DNA of 40,276 bases, from the UHGV virus genome UHGV-0069047; one strand, written 5' to 3'. A program made the translations under genes and the position numbers. The notes under the pieces were generated by a model. That model made no database searches, was not told the origin of the DNA, and saw nothing but the letters and a program-made list of their open reading frames with translations. Shown here one piece after another: positions 26,369 to 35,472 of this stretch (positions are counted from its first letter, which is position 1; every line of letters starts with the position of its first letter). This DNA comes from a virus.

Positions 26369-27844
26369 TTAAGCATATGGATCGTAATCTGTGATGGCCT
26401 TGCCTTGCTGGTTCTGCTGCCCGGGAATTCGCAGACGCTTCGACACAGGGAACGCAAACGTCAGCAGTAGCGCATCGCCTTTACCAGGAGAACGCCCAAG
26501 CCGCTCCTTGATATCTTCCTTCGGTTCGATAACGATTTTACCGTCCACTCGAACTTTGTACTCTGCCGCAGACAGGTCGTCCGCTGTTTCCTGGTCATCC
26601 AGCATGCCGCCCAGCCTCAGCCATGTCTTGCATGAGTTGAACATCTCCCCACGCTTGTTGAGCATCTGCGGGTCAGTAGACGCGCCACCGAACGGAACAA
26701 GTTGCCATGTGCGCCCCCAACCATCACCGATTGACTTCAGACCGGTACCGTAACCGAAGTCGATGAACACCGCGTCAGCCTGATACTGGTCTTCAAAGTC
26801 AGCGATACGCTTCGCCATAATCAGATCGTCGGTAGTCTTGTTGCCAGTCCACAGCACCTTACTGTGTAGCCCCTGCCGCAGGTATATCACCGCGTCATCA
26901 ACGCCTGAATATGCCGGGTCAACACCGATTATCACCGGAGCATGCGCCACCTGCGCAGCGGTTACCACCCGTTTCATTGCCTCATCAGTAAGACCGGTAG
27001 GGATAAACTGCAATTCAGATGCATCAGGGAATATGCCGCGCACACGGATTTTAACGAAGTCGCTGTCTTCCCCGTAGTCATCGACCCATTTCTGCAACTG
27101 CTGTTTGTTAGTGCCTTCCACCGTCCGGCTGTCAATCTGCGCAGTTTTCCAGCGGTGTTTATATTTGCGGAAACATTCGCGGAAACGCCCGGTGTTACGT
27201 GTAGGGTTTCCGAACGCCACCCAGATAATCTCAGTGTCTTCGTCCGTAAGCGCACCCTCAGCAACTTCCCACACCAGATCCGCAATGTTCGACGCTTCAT
27301 CGAATACCACGATGATGCGTTTGCGCTCGTTGTGTAGTCCGGCGAATGCCTCAGTGTTGTGCTCAGACCAGGGGATTGCGTCAGCTCGCCACCGCTTGTC
27401 GTGCCCAGGATCATTGCTGTACATCGCGGTAGCGGTACAGGTAAACCAGTCTTTCGTGATAGCAAGGTTCGACCACTTGATAATTTCCGGCCAGGTCTTC
27501 GTTCGTAGCTGGTTGTCGGTGTTGGCGGTCACCACGACCTTACAATCCTCGCAAGTGGACATGCCCCAGTTGATCAGCATTGAGATGAATGCGGATTTAC
27601 CAATACCGTGACCAGAAGCGCGTGCCAGCATAAGCGGCTGATAGCGCGTCTCTGGATTCTGCAGGTGATCACGTATCTCTCGGAACGCATCAGCCTGCCA
27701 CTGACGTGGACCGGTGGCATGTGCCAGTTCAGTCCCCTCTTCCCCCCACGGGAACGCATAGAGGGCATAGCCAAGCGGATCGTGAGTGAACCCTGCAATA
27801 TCCTCGATCAACTGCTCTTCAGGAGATAACGCTGCATCTGTCAC
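26369..27844 (-). CDS. terminase large subunit
   Basis: 491 aa; N-terminal ATPase-like and C-terminal nuclease-like regions; start overlaps terS stop. Confidence 0.8.
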   Translation of the reverse strand: MTDAALSPEEQLIEDIAGFTHDPLGYALYAFPWGEEGTELAHATGPRQWQADAFREIRDHLQNPETRYQPLMLARASGHGIGKSAFISMLINWGMSTCEDCKVVVTANTDNQLRTKTWPEIIKWSNLAITKDWFTCTATAMYSNDPGHDKRWRADAIPWSEHNTEAFAGLHNERKRIIVVFDEASNIADLVWEVAEGALTDEDTEIIWVAFGNPTRNTGRFRECFRKYKHRWKTAQIDSRTVEGTNKQQLQKWVDDYGEDSDFVKIRVRGIFPDASELQFIPTGLTDEAMKRVVTAAQVAHAPVIIGVDPAYSGVDDAVIYLRQGLHSKVLWTGNKTTDDLIMAKRIADFEDQYQADAVFIDFGYGTGLKSIGDGWGRTWQLVPFGGASTDPQMLNKRGEMFNSCKTWLRLGGMLDDQETADDLSAAEYKVRVDGKIVIEPKEDIKERLGRSPGKGDALLLTFAFPVSKRLRIPGQQNQQGKAITDYDPYA

Positions 27845-28569
27845 TGATTGCCATCCTGACGTTCTTTCAGTCTCTTCCTGGCTGCCGCTATGCGATCAGC
27901 AATTGTCACATTCACATTAACATCCAGGCGTTCTTTGAATGCGTTGACGTCGACGTGCTTACCAATCAGTTCGAGGTTTTTCACCTTGTCGGGCCATTTC
28001 ACCTTCTTCAGGATATGCTCGACATCCTCAACAGAGAGATCCGCCTCGCCATTCTCTTTTTGCAGAGAGGCCTGAGTCGTCTTGATAGTAGCGATATCCA
28101 TCGCGCTGAGAGAGGTGCGCCATACCTTAGGCCACTCAGCGATCGGCTTCATCCCGCCGTCGTCGTTCAAGATATCCAGGACATCCATCTGGTCGATCTC
28201 TACCAGGCGCATGAGGACGTAATCAGCGCTGACGCGCATTCGTTTGTTGCGCTCCTCCATCAACTCGGCAATCCGTTTTTGAATGCGTTCATCGCGCATC
28301 ATGACACTGGCTTTAACTGCCGCTGTATTTGGGGAGAATCCTGCGTTAATCGCTGCCTGAGTCTGGTTTTCAGGCGTTTTGATGTATGACTGGCAATAAG
28401 CCTCCTGCATTGCTGTTAGTGGCTTAAATTGCGTTGATTTGCGTTTATAGGTTTTAGGTTCAGCAGGCATCATAACCACCGTGGTAATAGTTACCGTTGT
28501 GGTAATAGTACCATGCAAAATAAAGCCGCCATAGTTGGCGGCAGTATTCAAAACCATCAAATTCATCAT
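27841..28569 (-). CDS. terminase small subunit
   Basis: Immediately upstream of and overlapping terL; true start may be the internal MMPAEP (near 28473). Confidence 0.6.
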   Translation of the reverse strand: MMNLMVLNTAANYGGFILHGTITTTVTITTVVMMPAEPKTYKRKSTQFKPLTAMQEAYCQSYIKTPENQTQAAINAGFSPNTAAVKASVMMRDERIQKRIAELMEERNKRMRVSADYVLMRLVEIDQMDVLDILNDDGGMKPIAEWPKVWRTSLSAMDIATIKTTQASLQKENGEADLSVEDVEHILKKVKWPDKVKNLELIGKHVDVNAFKERLDVNVNVTIADRIAAARKRLKERQDGNQ

Positions 28570-28582
28570 GCATAATCTACTC

Positions 28583-28594
28583 GTGACATGTCAC
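28583..28594. repeat. 12-bp palindrome GTGACATGTCAC (copy 3 of 3)
   Basis: Perfect palindrome overlapping the stop of the 28591..28941 gene, just upstream of terS. Confidence 0.7.
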
Positions 28595-28941
28595 ACTATT
28601 AATTTCGTTTCATGCCAGCCTTTAGTCACCCAGCATTGCGAGTCACCATTACACGGGCATGAATTAACTGGAACTCTCTCGCCGCACTTACCGCAACATT
28701 TTCTGCTGATCGATTTTATACGCCCGCGCACGCGTGCATCATCCTGGCGGATCAGTAACGCTATATACTCACCAAATTCGTAAGGCGCACGCCCGGGGCG
28801 ACGCGTGGCACAGTTACGCTCCAGCATTTCAATTTCCTGAGCATCAAGCACAATTTCCAGCTTACGCACACCAGATGCAGCTTGTCTGGCTCTCTGAGCG
28901 GCTTTGCGCTCTGCTGCTGATTTAGCCATTACCATATCCAC
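28591..28941 (-). CDS. hypothetical protein with Cys-rich C-terminus
   Basis: Basic helical N-terminus; C-terminal CCGKCG...CPCNGDSQC zinc-ribbon-like cluster. Confidence 0.4.
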   Translation of the reverse strand: MDMVMAKSAAERKAAQRARQAASGVRKLEIVLDAQEIEMLERNCATRRPGRAPYEFGEYIALLIRQDDARVRGRIKSISRKCCGKCGERVPVNSCPCNGDSQCWVTKGWHETKLIV

Positions 28942-29014
28942 CCAATTTCACCAGACATGATTCTCGCAATCACTATCATCACCAAAGTGATAATCACAAC
29001 TTTAACTGGCGGCA

Positions 29015-29896
29015 TTATTCACCATCCTGCTCCGGCGGTTCTGGTAGCGGCATCCAGTGTGACGGTTTCCACGACGCACCAGGAATTATCCACCCATCAT
29101 TAGCGTCAGGATGCCCCGGGATGTAAGTCGCCCATTTCATTCGCCAGTCACCTTTCCTGTCAAACTCCACGGCAACAAGAACGGCTGTTTTGGTATCCGG
29201 CATTCGCTCACTACAGCTTATCCAACTATCCGGAGTTGCCGGATAGTTGCCAGACAGTGCGTTCTGCAATCGTTCCAGCTTAACGTATTCCTGAACCCTG
29301 TTTCCGTCGCACGCCTGAAGCCATTGCACAGCCTTTTGCGCATCAGTGTGAAAGGTACAAGTGCGACCGTCATCAAATTGCATTTCGTAGAGGTCAGCAA
29401 CCTGTTTAAACTGCGTTTGTGGCGACTTGTAAGTTTGGTTTACAGGTTCGGCACCATGAAGCATGGCGGCGCGGCAGGAGTTAAGCGCGTTTTGCACGCG
29501 TTTAGCGTTCTGTACTTCGTATTTAGGTGCGGCTGCCAATGCCCATAGCCAACCAATTTCATAGCTATCAGCTTTTGATAGAGCACATTCCATTTCCAGT
29601 GTTATTTTCTTAGGTACGAGTTGCCAATCATCTGGCACTACCGGTGCTGGCAGCTCGCGATACAGCGAGATTACACGACGCGGGTCCGCATATTTATCTG
29701 GCGGACACTGAAATATCTCACCGAAACCATACTTCCTGACATCGCGCAGTTCCTCTTCATCAGTCCATGCCACCGGTTCTGCTTCCAGCGATGCCAGCGC
29801 AATCCGTGCCAGTTCCATTTGTTCACCACGGGTAAGCCCGTTTTCAAGCGGATTTTTAATGAACAATTCAATACGTTCTTTGGTAATAGTGGTCAT
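29015..29896 (-). CDS. DUF551-like Ead/Ea22-region protein
   Basis: C-terminal block (WISCSERMPD...WMPLPEPP) resembles DUF551 as I recall it; start overlaps upstream stop (ATGA). Confidence 0.5.
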   Translation of the reverse strand: MTTITKERIELFIKNPLENGLTRGEQMELARIALASLEAEPVAWTDEEELRDVRKYGFGEIFQCPPDKYADPRRVISLYRELPAPVVPDDWQLVPKKITLEMECALSKADSYEIGWLWALAAAPKYEVQNAKRVQNALNSCRAAMLHGAEPVNQTYKSPQTQFKQVADLYEMQFDDGRTCTFHTDAQKAVQWLQACDGNRVQEYVKLERLQNALSGNYPATPDSWISCSERMPDTKTAVLVAVEFDRKGDWRMKWATYIPGHPDANDGWIIPGASWKPSHWMPLPEPPEQDGE

Positions 29897-30102
29897 GTGT
29901 TAATCCTCAAAACTTTATGCCCGGGCGCAAAAGTACGTGTTTTGTCTTTGCTTATTCGCCAGCCATCCTTGCGCGCCTCTTTTGCACAGCCAGCCCATGA
30001 CGTACCTATATACTCACCGAAGTCTGGCACTGGATATACACCTTCCGTGCACTGACGGCAGTCACAATAGAGATGCATGGTGTAACTTGCGGCAATAGCC
30101 AT
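29893..30102 (-). CDS. small Cys-containing hypothetical protein (69 aa)
   Basis: Start at MAIAAS with SD AAGGAGA; translationally coupled on both sides. Confidence 0.4.
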   Translation of the reverse strand: MAIAASYTMHLYCDCRQCTEGVYPVPDFGEYIGTSWAGCAKEARKDGWRISKDKTRTFAPGHKVLRINT

Positions 30103-30103
30103 A

Positions 30104-30625
30104 TCATTCTCCTTTGATGCGAATGCCTGTTGCAATGCTGTTTATGATGCTGTCAGTGCATGGGGTAGAAAGCTGGGCATCTCCAGCAATTTTCATGACC
30201 TCAACATCCGCATATCGAATACCGAGGTGTATCAGACCGGCTATACCTGACTTAAGTCGAACATTTTCCATAAACAGATCTTTTTCCCGCTGTTTAGCGG
30301 CTTCCAACTCCATCGACAATTTTTCCAACTGCTCTTTATGCTTCTTGTATTCCTGATACGCGTGCCAAGACTGACCTTTGCGCACACTATCAGTGATATC
30401 AGCAACCTGCTCCGGTGTTAGCGTGGTCAGTGGCTGTGCTGGAAAAATCATCACTTTCCCGGCATCCCAATCAAAACCCGCCTGAATTGACTGAACCTCA
30501 ACTGATGGTGTTGAACCGATGCGACCAGGCGAATGAACAACGATCGTTACATCCATATCGCGACGATGGCTGTGGTTGTTGGACAAAATACGATTCACCA
30601 ACTCAGAAAATTTGGAAAATTTCAT
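30104..30625 (-). CDS. Ead/Ea22-like protein
   Basis: Start at MKFSKF overlapping upstream stop; coiled-coil segment; C-terminal GIRIKGE tail shared with the 30947..31435 product. Confidence 0.45.
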   Translation of the reverse strand: MKFSKFSELVNRILSNNHSHRRDMDVTIVVHSPGRIGSTPSVEVQSIQAGFDWDAGKVMIFPAQPLTTLTPEQVADITDSVRKGQSWHAYQEYKKHKEQLEKLSMELEAAKQREKDLFMENVRLKSGIAGLIHLGIRYADVEVMKIAGDAQLSTPCTDSIINSIATGIRIKGE

Positions 30626-30945
30626 GCTGATCCCTCTTTCTCTCCCCGGATAATTCTGTTGCACACATCCACACACTCGTCGCAGATGAAAACGGCGTCC
30701 CCAGCAATTAACTTTTTGACGGCGTACTGGGATTTGTTGCAGAAGCTGCAACAAAGTGTTCGCCTGACTGATAAGGATGGAGCGCCAGATGTCAGCCGCT
30801 CCATATCGTTCTTGCGACGCAATATCACACGGCTGAACTCAACCAGTTTCTCCGGGGATATCTCCTCCTCCGTAGCAAGCGCCTCTAATCGTTCGAGTAT
30901 GTGGAAGGCTTTTTTCTGGGTAATTGCAGAATGCGATGTGGTCAT
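30622..30945 (-). CDS. ClpX-type zinc-finger domain protein
   Basis: C-terminal [34 protein letters not shown] closely matches the ClpX N-terminal zinc-binding domain pattern; start MTTSHS with SD. Confidence 0.55.
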   Translation of the reverse strand: MTTSHSAITQKKAFHILERLEALATEEEISPEKLVEFSRVILRRKNDMERLTSGAPSLSVRRTLCCSFCNKSQYAVKKLIAGDAVFICDECVDVCNRIIRGEKEGSA

Positions 30946-30946
30946 C

Positions 30947-31435
30947 TCACTCTCCTTTGATGCGAATGCCAGCGGCGCGGGAATCATTCCATCGCTTTAC
31001 TTCTTCACGAATTACGTCAATGCATTCTTTCGAATCCATTAGGTAATCTTCATCAAAAAGACGTTCCTGTTCGTTTTCTATCGCAACAATGATTGCTTCA
31101 ACTAACTTTTGTGCCTGAGAATCACTTTCTAACTCTGCTATGCGCTTACTTCCATCCGAGATAACGCCCTCGTAATACTCACGCTGCTCGTTGAGTTTTG
31201 ATTTTGCCAACTCCAGTTGTTTTGTTAGTTCCGCAATACGGCAAACATCGTTGATACGCGTTTCCTCTAATGCGTTGATCTCATCCAACAATGCCAGCGC
31301 GATATCTGGCGAAAAGTGCTTCATAAAATCGTTAAGCGCATTAATTCGCTGATCGAAAGGCATTACAGGTGCTTCACCAGCAATTTTTGTTTTTTCAGCG
31401 ATTTCACGAAGCTTTTGATAATCAATCTTGCTCAC
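30947..31435 (-). CDS. Ead/Ea22-like coiled-coil protein
   Basis: 162 aa helical protein ending in GIRIKGE. Confidence 0.45.
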   Translation of the reverse strand: MSKIDYQKLREIAEKTKIAGEAPVMPFDQRINALNDFMKHFSPDIALALLDEINALEETRINDVCRIAELTKQLELAKSKLNEQREYYEGVISDGSKRIAELESDSQAQKLVEAIIVAIENEQERLFDEDYLMDSKECIDVIREEVKRWNDSRAAGIRIKGE

Positions 31436-31958
31436 TGACTGCCTCCTTCTTAATCAGTTTACACAGGTGCTCCACAGCCACAGAGAGTGCATCCACCGCT
31501 CGTTTATCCAGGCTCGGGGCCAGAGCAACCAGTTCATTTATTGCAATCTGAATACCCTGCGCTCGCGATTTTTCCAGAATGGCGTCAATAGCTGGCGTGT
31601 CGGGCATGAGTGGCGATTCATCCGCAGGCGAATATTCATCAGAAATGTCGGCCTGCTCTCCATGAAATACATAGCAACTGCCCTTGATAAACCGCTTCAA
31701 TGCGACATTCTCCGCCGCAAGCGCCGAAAACTTCTCGTGTGCCAACTTAACAGCCGCATCAGCCTGCTTAATTGACTCAATCGCTTTCTGCTGGTCTTCG
31801 GCCAGCGCATTAGCACGCACCAGTTGCACTTCCAGTTGCGTTGCCAAATCGCTGATCAGCTTTGCCACACTGCGCATATCAACGGCACCACATTCTGCTT
31901 TCAGTTCCGAAGCCATCTCATGCCCGGCGGAAACTAACCCTTTGATATTACTTTCCAT
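31422..31958 (-). CDS. hypothetical protein (178 aa)
   Basis: ORF in nin/Ead-like region; helical. Confidence 0.45.
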   Translation of the reverse strand: MESNIKGLVSAGHEMASELKAECGAVDMRSVAKLISDLATQLEVQLVRANALAEDQQKAIESIKQADAAVKLAHEKFSALAAENVALKRFIKGSCYVFHGEQADISDEYSPADESPLMPDTPAIDAILEKSRAQGIQIAINELVALAPSLDKRAVDALSVAVEHLCKLIKKEAVSEQD

Positions 31959-32019
31959 CTTTACCCTCGCTTATCCACATAACTTATTGATTACATTGAT
32001 AACTAAAAAGATCGTCGAT

Positions 32020-32364
32020 TCAGAACTCTTCGATATTCCAGCCACCACCTGCTTTCTTTGGTTTAACCGTTACCCCGATGATTCGGAACGGATACTGATC
32101 TGCGGCGACTTTGGTTTTCACCCTGGCGTCGTCGGTCCAGAAACCTTTCACTTCGTGCAGTTCCATCTCTCCGGTGGCGAGCATCACAGCGAAATCTGGC
32201 GTATAGAACGTGTTGTCAGCTAACCGCAGCTTGATACCCTCAAATCGATACCAGACGATTTCTCCTGCACGTTTACGCATCTCAAGGTGCTGACAATACG
32301 CAGATTCTGTTTTGTTCATCTGGCCTGTTTTGAGTCGACCAAGAGCCTGTATCTGTTTTCTCAT
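32020..32364 (-). CDS. small PD-(D/E)XK-like nuclease (DUF1064-like)
   Basis: Motifs YTPDF and ELHEVKG resemble a D...ExK nuclease core. Confidence 0.4.
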   Translation of the reverse strand: MRKQIQALGRLKTGQMNKTESAYCQHLEMRKRAGEIVWYRFEGIKLRLADNTFYTPDFAVMLATGEMELHEVKGFWTDDARVKTKVAADQYPFRIIGVTVKPKKAGGGWNIEEF

Positions 32365-32429
32365 GATTTACCCCTGAGGTAATTAAAAACCACATAAGAC
32401 ACGAAATCAATAGATTTTAGAATATTTTA

Positions 32430-32444
32430 TTACCTCATAGGTAA
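32430..32444. promoter_or_regulatory. operator-like palindrome TTACC-TCATA-GGTAA
   Basis: Perfect inverted repeat in the intergenic region between P-like gene and downstream genes. Confidence 0.45.
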
Positions 32445-32481
32445 TTATTGAGACGTAAAAAAATGCGCTATCGCGCTGGTA

Positions 32482-33282
32482 TTACTTGATAAATCCTGCC
32501 GCCTTTCCCCGCCTGTATTCCTCCATCAGCCACTGCGCCGGTGTTATTCCCCCCAGGGTGGCGGCGTTAGGCATGCACCCGAAACTTCGCCCTGATGGAT
32601 GGTAAACGTCTCTCCCTGTGTCCGGAGGTGTACTCATGGGTTCTGGCTTTGCCTGTATGCTGATCACCGGATCGGGTATCTGCTGTCCGGAAGCTACCTT
32701 TTTCGCCCAATCATCGAGCAGCCTGCGCGCGTGTTTCTCAACCTCAATCTCGCTAAGCTGGCGCTGATACATTGCACGGCGGGTATCACATACGACCCAG
32801 TACATAACCGGATGTCGCCACGGAAATCTTTCGGGACCACCAGGATATAAACTTTTTTCCTTGCTGTACCGGTGAAACTCCGCCATCACATCGTCAATGG
32901 TGACGCCAAGAACCATCTTGCTGTCTTTGCACCACTTGATAAATTGCCCTGGCGACGGCCAGAACGGAGATTCGCTGGCGCGGGCGTGGCGCATACCAGC
33001 AGAAACCTGTTCACGGGTTCGGATCCCCCCTTCGGCAAACGCAGCAATCCACTGCTGTTTTGCAGCAACTTCCTGCTCTGGCGTCTTCAGGTTGGTTACC
33101 ACTGCCGCCGGAAACAGTTGTTTCAACTGTTTGAAAAGGGCATCAACAAGCCTCTCTGCTGACATGTTCACTACGTTGTCATTGTTGGTGTACTGATGCT
33201 CATAACCTGACATGCGAGAAAGGGCTTCTCCGTCACGGTTTTGTATCGCGGTAAAAACGTTGTTCACAAGAAATCCTCCCAT
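32482..33282 (-). CDS. replication protein, lambda P-like helicase loader
   Basis: Block AGMRHARASESPFWPSPGQFIKWC matches lambda P (NAGMRVARRQNRPFLPSPGQFVAWC) from memory; exact start uncertain. Confidence 0.7.
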   Translation of the reverse strand: MGGFLVNNVFTAIQNRDGEALSRMSGYEHQYTNNDNVVNMSAERLVDALFKQLKQLFPAAVVTNLKTPEQEVAAKQQWIAAFAEGGIRTREQVSAGMRHARASESPFWPSPGQFIKWCKDSKMVLGVTIDDVMAEFHRYSKEKSLYPGGPERFPWRHPVMYWVVCDTRRAMYQRQLSEIEVEKHARRLLDDWAKKVASGQQIPDPVISIQAKPEPMSTPPDTGRDVYHPSGRSFGCMPNAATLGGITPAQWLMEEYRRGKAAGFIK

Positions 33283-34079
33283 GCTTCAGGGCTGTTCCAG
33301 TGCGGAACGTTGTTATCAGGTAATGTTGATTGCTTCTGTCTGCTAATCTGCAGCCGCCTTGCCAGCTTCTGCTCCCACTGTGCCTGATGGTATGCCTTAC
33401 CCTCAGCCATCCAGTAAATTCTGAACTCTGCAAGTTCCTGTGCCGTTGGCAGACTGTCCAGGTAGATCCCCTGCAATGAGCTTTTCCGAAGAAAGTCATC
33501 TGATGGTTGCCATTGTTCATGCATGACAAATTTGCCTAATTGCCCTGGCCCACCAGGAGGAACAAAGTTATTCATCACGGCGTTGTTTGCGCCGGGGTCA
33601 TGAGGCACAGAATCCCCGCTTTTTGTCCTGCTCTCCCTCTCTTGGTTAAATGACTGGTTATATGACTGGTTCTGGATCCCGTTTTTGGGATCATTCAACA
33701 TCCCGTTTTTGGGATCATTCAACATCCCGTTTTTGGGTATATTCCCGTTTTCGGTAACATTACCGCTTTCGGGTTCATTACCCCCTTCCCGGTTGCCTTT
33801 AATGTTCCCGTTTTTGGTTATATTAAGAGAGAAAACCCGCACTCTTTTCGTCGCTCCCTTTCTCTCTCCGGTATCTGAAATAAGCCCCATTTTCATGAGC
33901 GATATAAGCCCGGCCTGCACGGTTTTTTTATTCATGCAAGTGTCTTTAACGAGGCGTTCTATGCTGGGGTAGCAGAGGTTATATTCATCGGCTCTGTCAG
34001 CCATCGAGAGCAGTATGAGCTTTAATGACGAGCTACCTGGATCTGTCTCCCAGGCCCAATCTGTTGCATGTCTGCTCAT
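33264..34079 (-). CDS. replication initiator, O-like
   Basis: N-terminal winged-helix-like region, internal iteron array encoding repeated PKNGMLND peptides, directly upstream of P-like gene. Confidence 0.6.
   Translation of the reverse strand: MSRHATDWAWETDPGSSSLKLILLSMADRADEYNLCYPSIERLVKDTCMNKKTVQAGLISLMKMGLISDTGERKGATKRVRVFSLNITKNGNIKGNREGGNEPESGNVTENGNIPKNGMLNDPKNGMLNDPKNGIQNQSYNQSFNQERESRTKSGDSVPHDPGANNAVMNNFVPPGGPGQLGKFVMHEQWQPSDDFLRKSSLQGIYLDSLPTAQELAEFRIYWMAEGKAYHQAQWEQKLARRLQISRQKQSTLPDNNVPHWNSPEAWEDFL
33676..33824. repeat. origin-like iteron array inside initiator gene
   Basis: Two perfect 24-bp units ATCCCGTTTTTGGGATCATTCAAC, then about four degenerate CCGTTTT-GG-type units. Confidence 0.65.
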
Positions 34080-34094
34080 GATTAATCTCCGCTA

Positions 34095-34358
34095 TCAGCT
34101 TGAATGTTGTGGGGAGGAATTAATCATGATCTGCTTAATCTCTGCCCTGATACGACGGTTTGATTCCATGGTGCACTCAACACAGTGTCCATTGTAAACC
34201 CAGCGTTCACTGTCATGTCCGTGCTTACATGTTTTTCCGGTGTAGTAGCGTTTAAGTCCGCGCTTTGCGGCATCAATACGTGTAATGATTTCCATGGTAA
34301 GCCCTGTTATTAGTATTGGGATTACGGTTATTTTGTGCTGACACAAAAAAAAGATCAA
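34095..34358 (-). CDS. small zinc-finger protein at the cII position
   Basis: Likely start at MEIITR; CKHGHDSERWVYNGHCVEC cluster; between cro-like and O-like genes. Confidence 0.4.
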   Translation of the reverse strand: MIFFLCQHKITVIPILITGLTMEIITRIDAAKRGLKRYYTGKTCKHGHDSERWVYNGHCVECTMESNRRIRAEIKQIMINSSPQHSS

Positions 34359-34375
34359 CCATATTTGGTTTTTTA

Positions 34376-34390
34376 TTACCTTTAAGGTGC
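34376..34390. promoter_or_regulatory. imperfect operator-like site TTACC-TTTAA-GGTGC
   Basis: One half-site variant; adjacent AACCATATTTGGTT palindrome. Confidence 0.35.
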
Positions 34391-34445
34391 GAATAGATAT
34401 GAAAAGACCGCCGGGTGGCGGTCTACAGAGGGGTGTAGCTGGATA

Positions 34446-34676
34446 TCATGAGTAGAAGAAGTATGCCAGTTCTGCTTTTGAGCGCAACCATTGTCTTGTT
34501 TTACAGGCTTTAAAAAGCCCGTTCATCAATACTTTACCTGGCATTTTGCGCTTACCTGTTAAGTGAGTCTGGATATAGTGACTCGTCGTTCCGGCTTCCT
34601 GTGCGAAGGCTTCACGCTCATCCGGAGTAAGTGCAAGCCAGTGCTTTTTGAAATCGAAATGTCCGTTATCGCTCAT
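34446..34676 (-). CDS. Cro-like HTH regulator
   Basis: 76 aa with HTH-like segment; divergent from repressor gene; first gene of the replication-side operon. Confidence 0.5.
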   Translation of the reverse strand: MSDNGHFDFKKHWLALTPDEREAFAQEAGTTSHYIQTHLTGKRKMPGKVLMNGLFKACKTRQWLRSKAELAYFFYS

Positions 34677-34712
34677 AGCTATTGCCTGATATTTATTTCA
34701 GATAATAAATAT

Positions 34713-34775
34713 TCACCCATAAGGTAACAAAAATCAAGGATAGTTACCTATGAGGTGCATTTACCTGTTGGGTAA
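34713..34775. promoter_or_regulatory. OR-like operator cluster in the immunity switch
   Basis: Three sites: TCACC-N5-GGTAA (34713-34727), TTACC-N5-GGTGC (34744-34758), TTACC-N5-GGTAA (34761-34775). Confidence 0.55.
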
Positions 34776-34830
34776 TATTGCTTTAAATTGAATCATCTAC
34801 TGATTCATATATGAGGCGATTTTCCAGAAA

Positions 34831-35415
34831 ATGAAAAGTATCCAGGACGTCCGCAGGCAAAATCTCAACGACTTGATCGACCGTGAATTCAATGGTGTTC
34901 AGACGCGGATGGCAGAAAAACTTGGAACTCAGGCAAATCTGGTAAACCGCTGGGCTCTTGGCAAGAAGGTTATCGGCGACCAGGTTGCGCGAAAAATTGA
35001 AGCTGCCGCCAATAAACCACGTAACTGGCTTGATATCGATCGCTCGCTTTCTCAGGAAGGTTTTCAGCCTGTCGGCCCAAGCGACATTGGTCAGCTGGCG
35101 GCTCACAACCTGGAACGCTGGATGAGCGAAAGCCGCGACCTTTCAACACAGGGAAAACTTCACCGCGCATCCGGCGTCGCCCAGGTGACAATCAGCCGCC
35201 TGTTAAACAATGAGGTCAGCGTTTCCATTTCCACCCTGGAGAATGTTGCATCCGCATTCGGGCGTCACGGCTATGAATTACTGATTCACCCGCACGACCC
35301 TGCGACCATCAACTATGACCGCTCGCGCTACGCATTGTTACCCGAAACCGAGAAAGCAAAGATCGAAAGTTACATTGAATTTGTCATCAACCAGAACGAA
35401 AAAAACAAACAATAA
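34831..35415 (+). CDS. prophage repressor-like protein lacking an S24 peptidase domain
   Basis: 194 aa with two HTH-like segments, no Ala-Gly / Ser-Lys autocleavage module; divergent from cro-like gene. Confidence 0.55.
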   Translation: MKSIQDVRRQNLNDLIDREFNGVQTRMAEKLGTQANLVNRWALGKKVIGDQVARKIEAAANKPRNWLDIDRSLSQEGFQPVGPSDIGQLAAHNLERWMSESRDLSTQGKLHRASGVAQVTISRLLNNEVSVSISTLENVASAFGRHGYELLIHPHDPATINYDRSRYALLPETEKAKIESYIEFVINQNEKNKQ

Positions 35416-35436
35416 AATCATATTTTTCAGTAAGTA

Positions 35437-35461
35437 AGCCGCCTTCTGGCGGCTTTTTTAT
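35437..35461 (+). terminator. rho-independent terminator after repressor gene
   Basis: AGCCGCC-ttct-GGCGGCT followed by TTTTTTA. Confidence 0.65.
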
Positions 35462-35472
35462 TGTCTACACAA

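Noticed and set aside
33676-33824. Tandem repeats as a CRISPR array
   Set aside because: Units are degenerate, lack unique spacers of regular length and lie inside a coding region; they fit replication-origin iterons.
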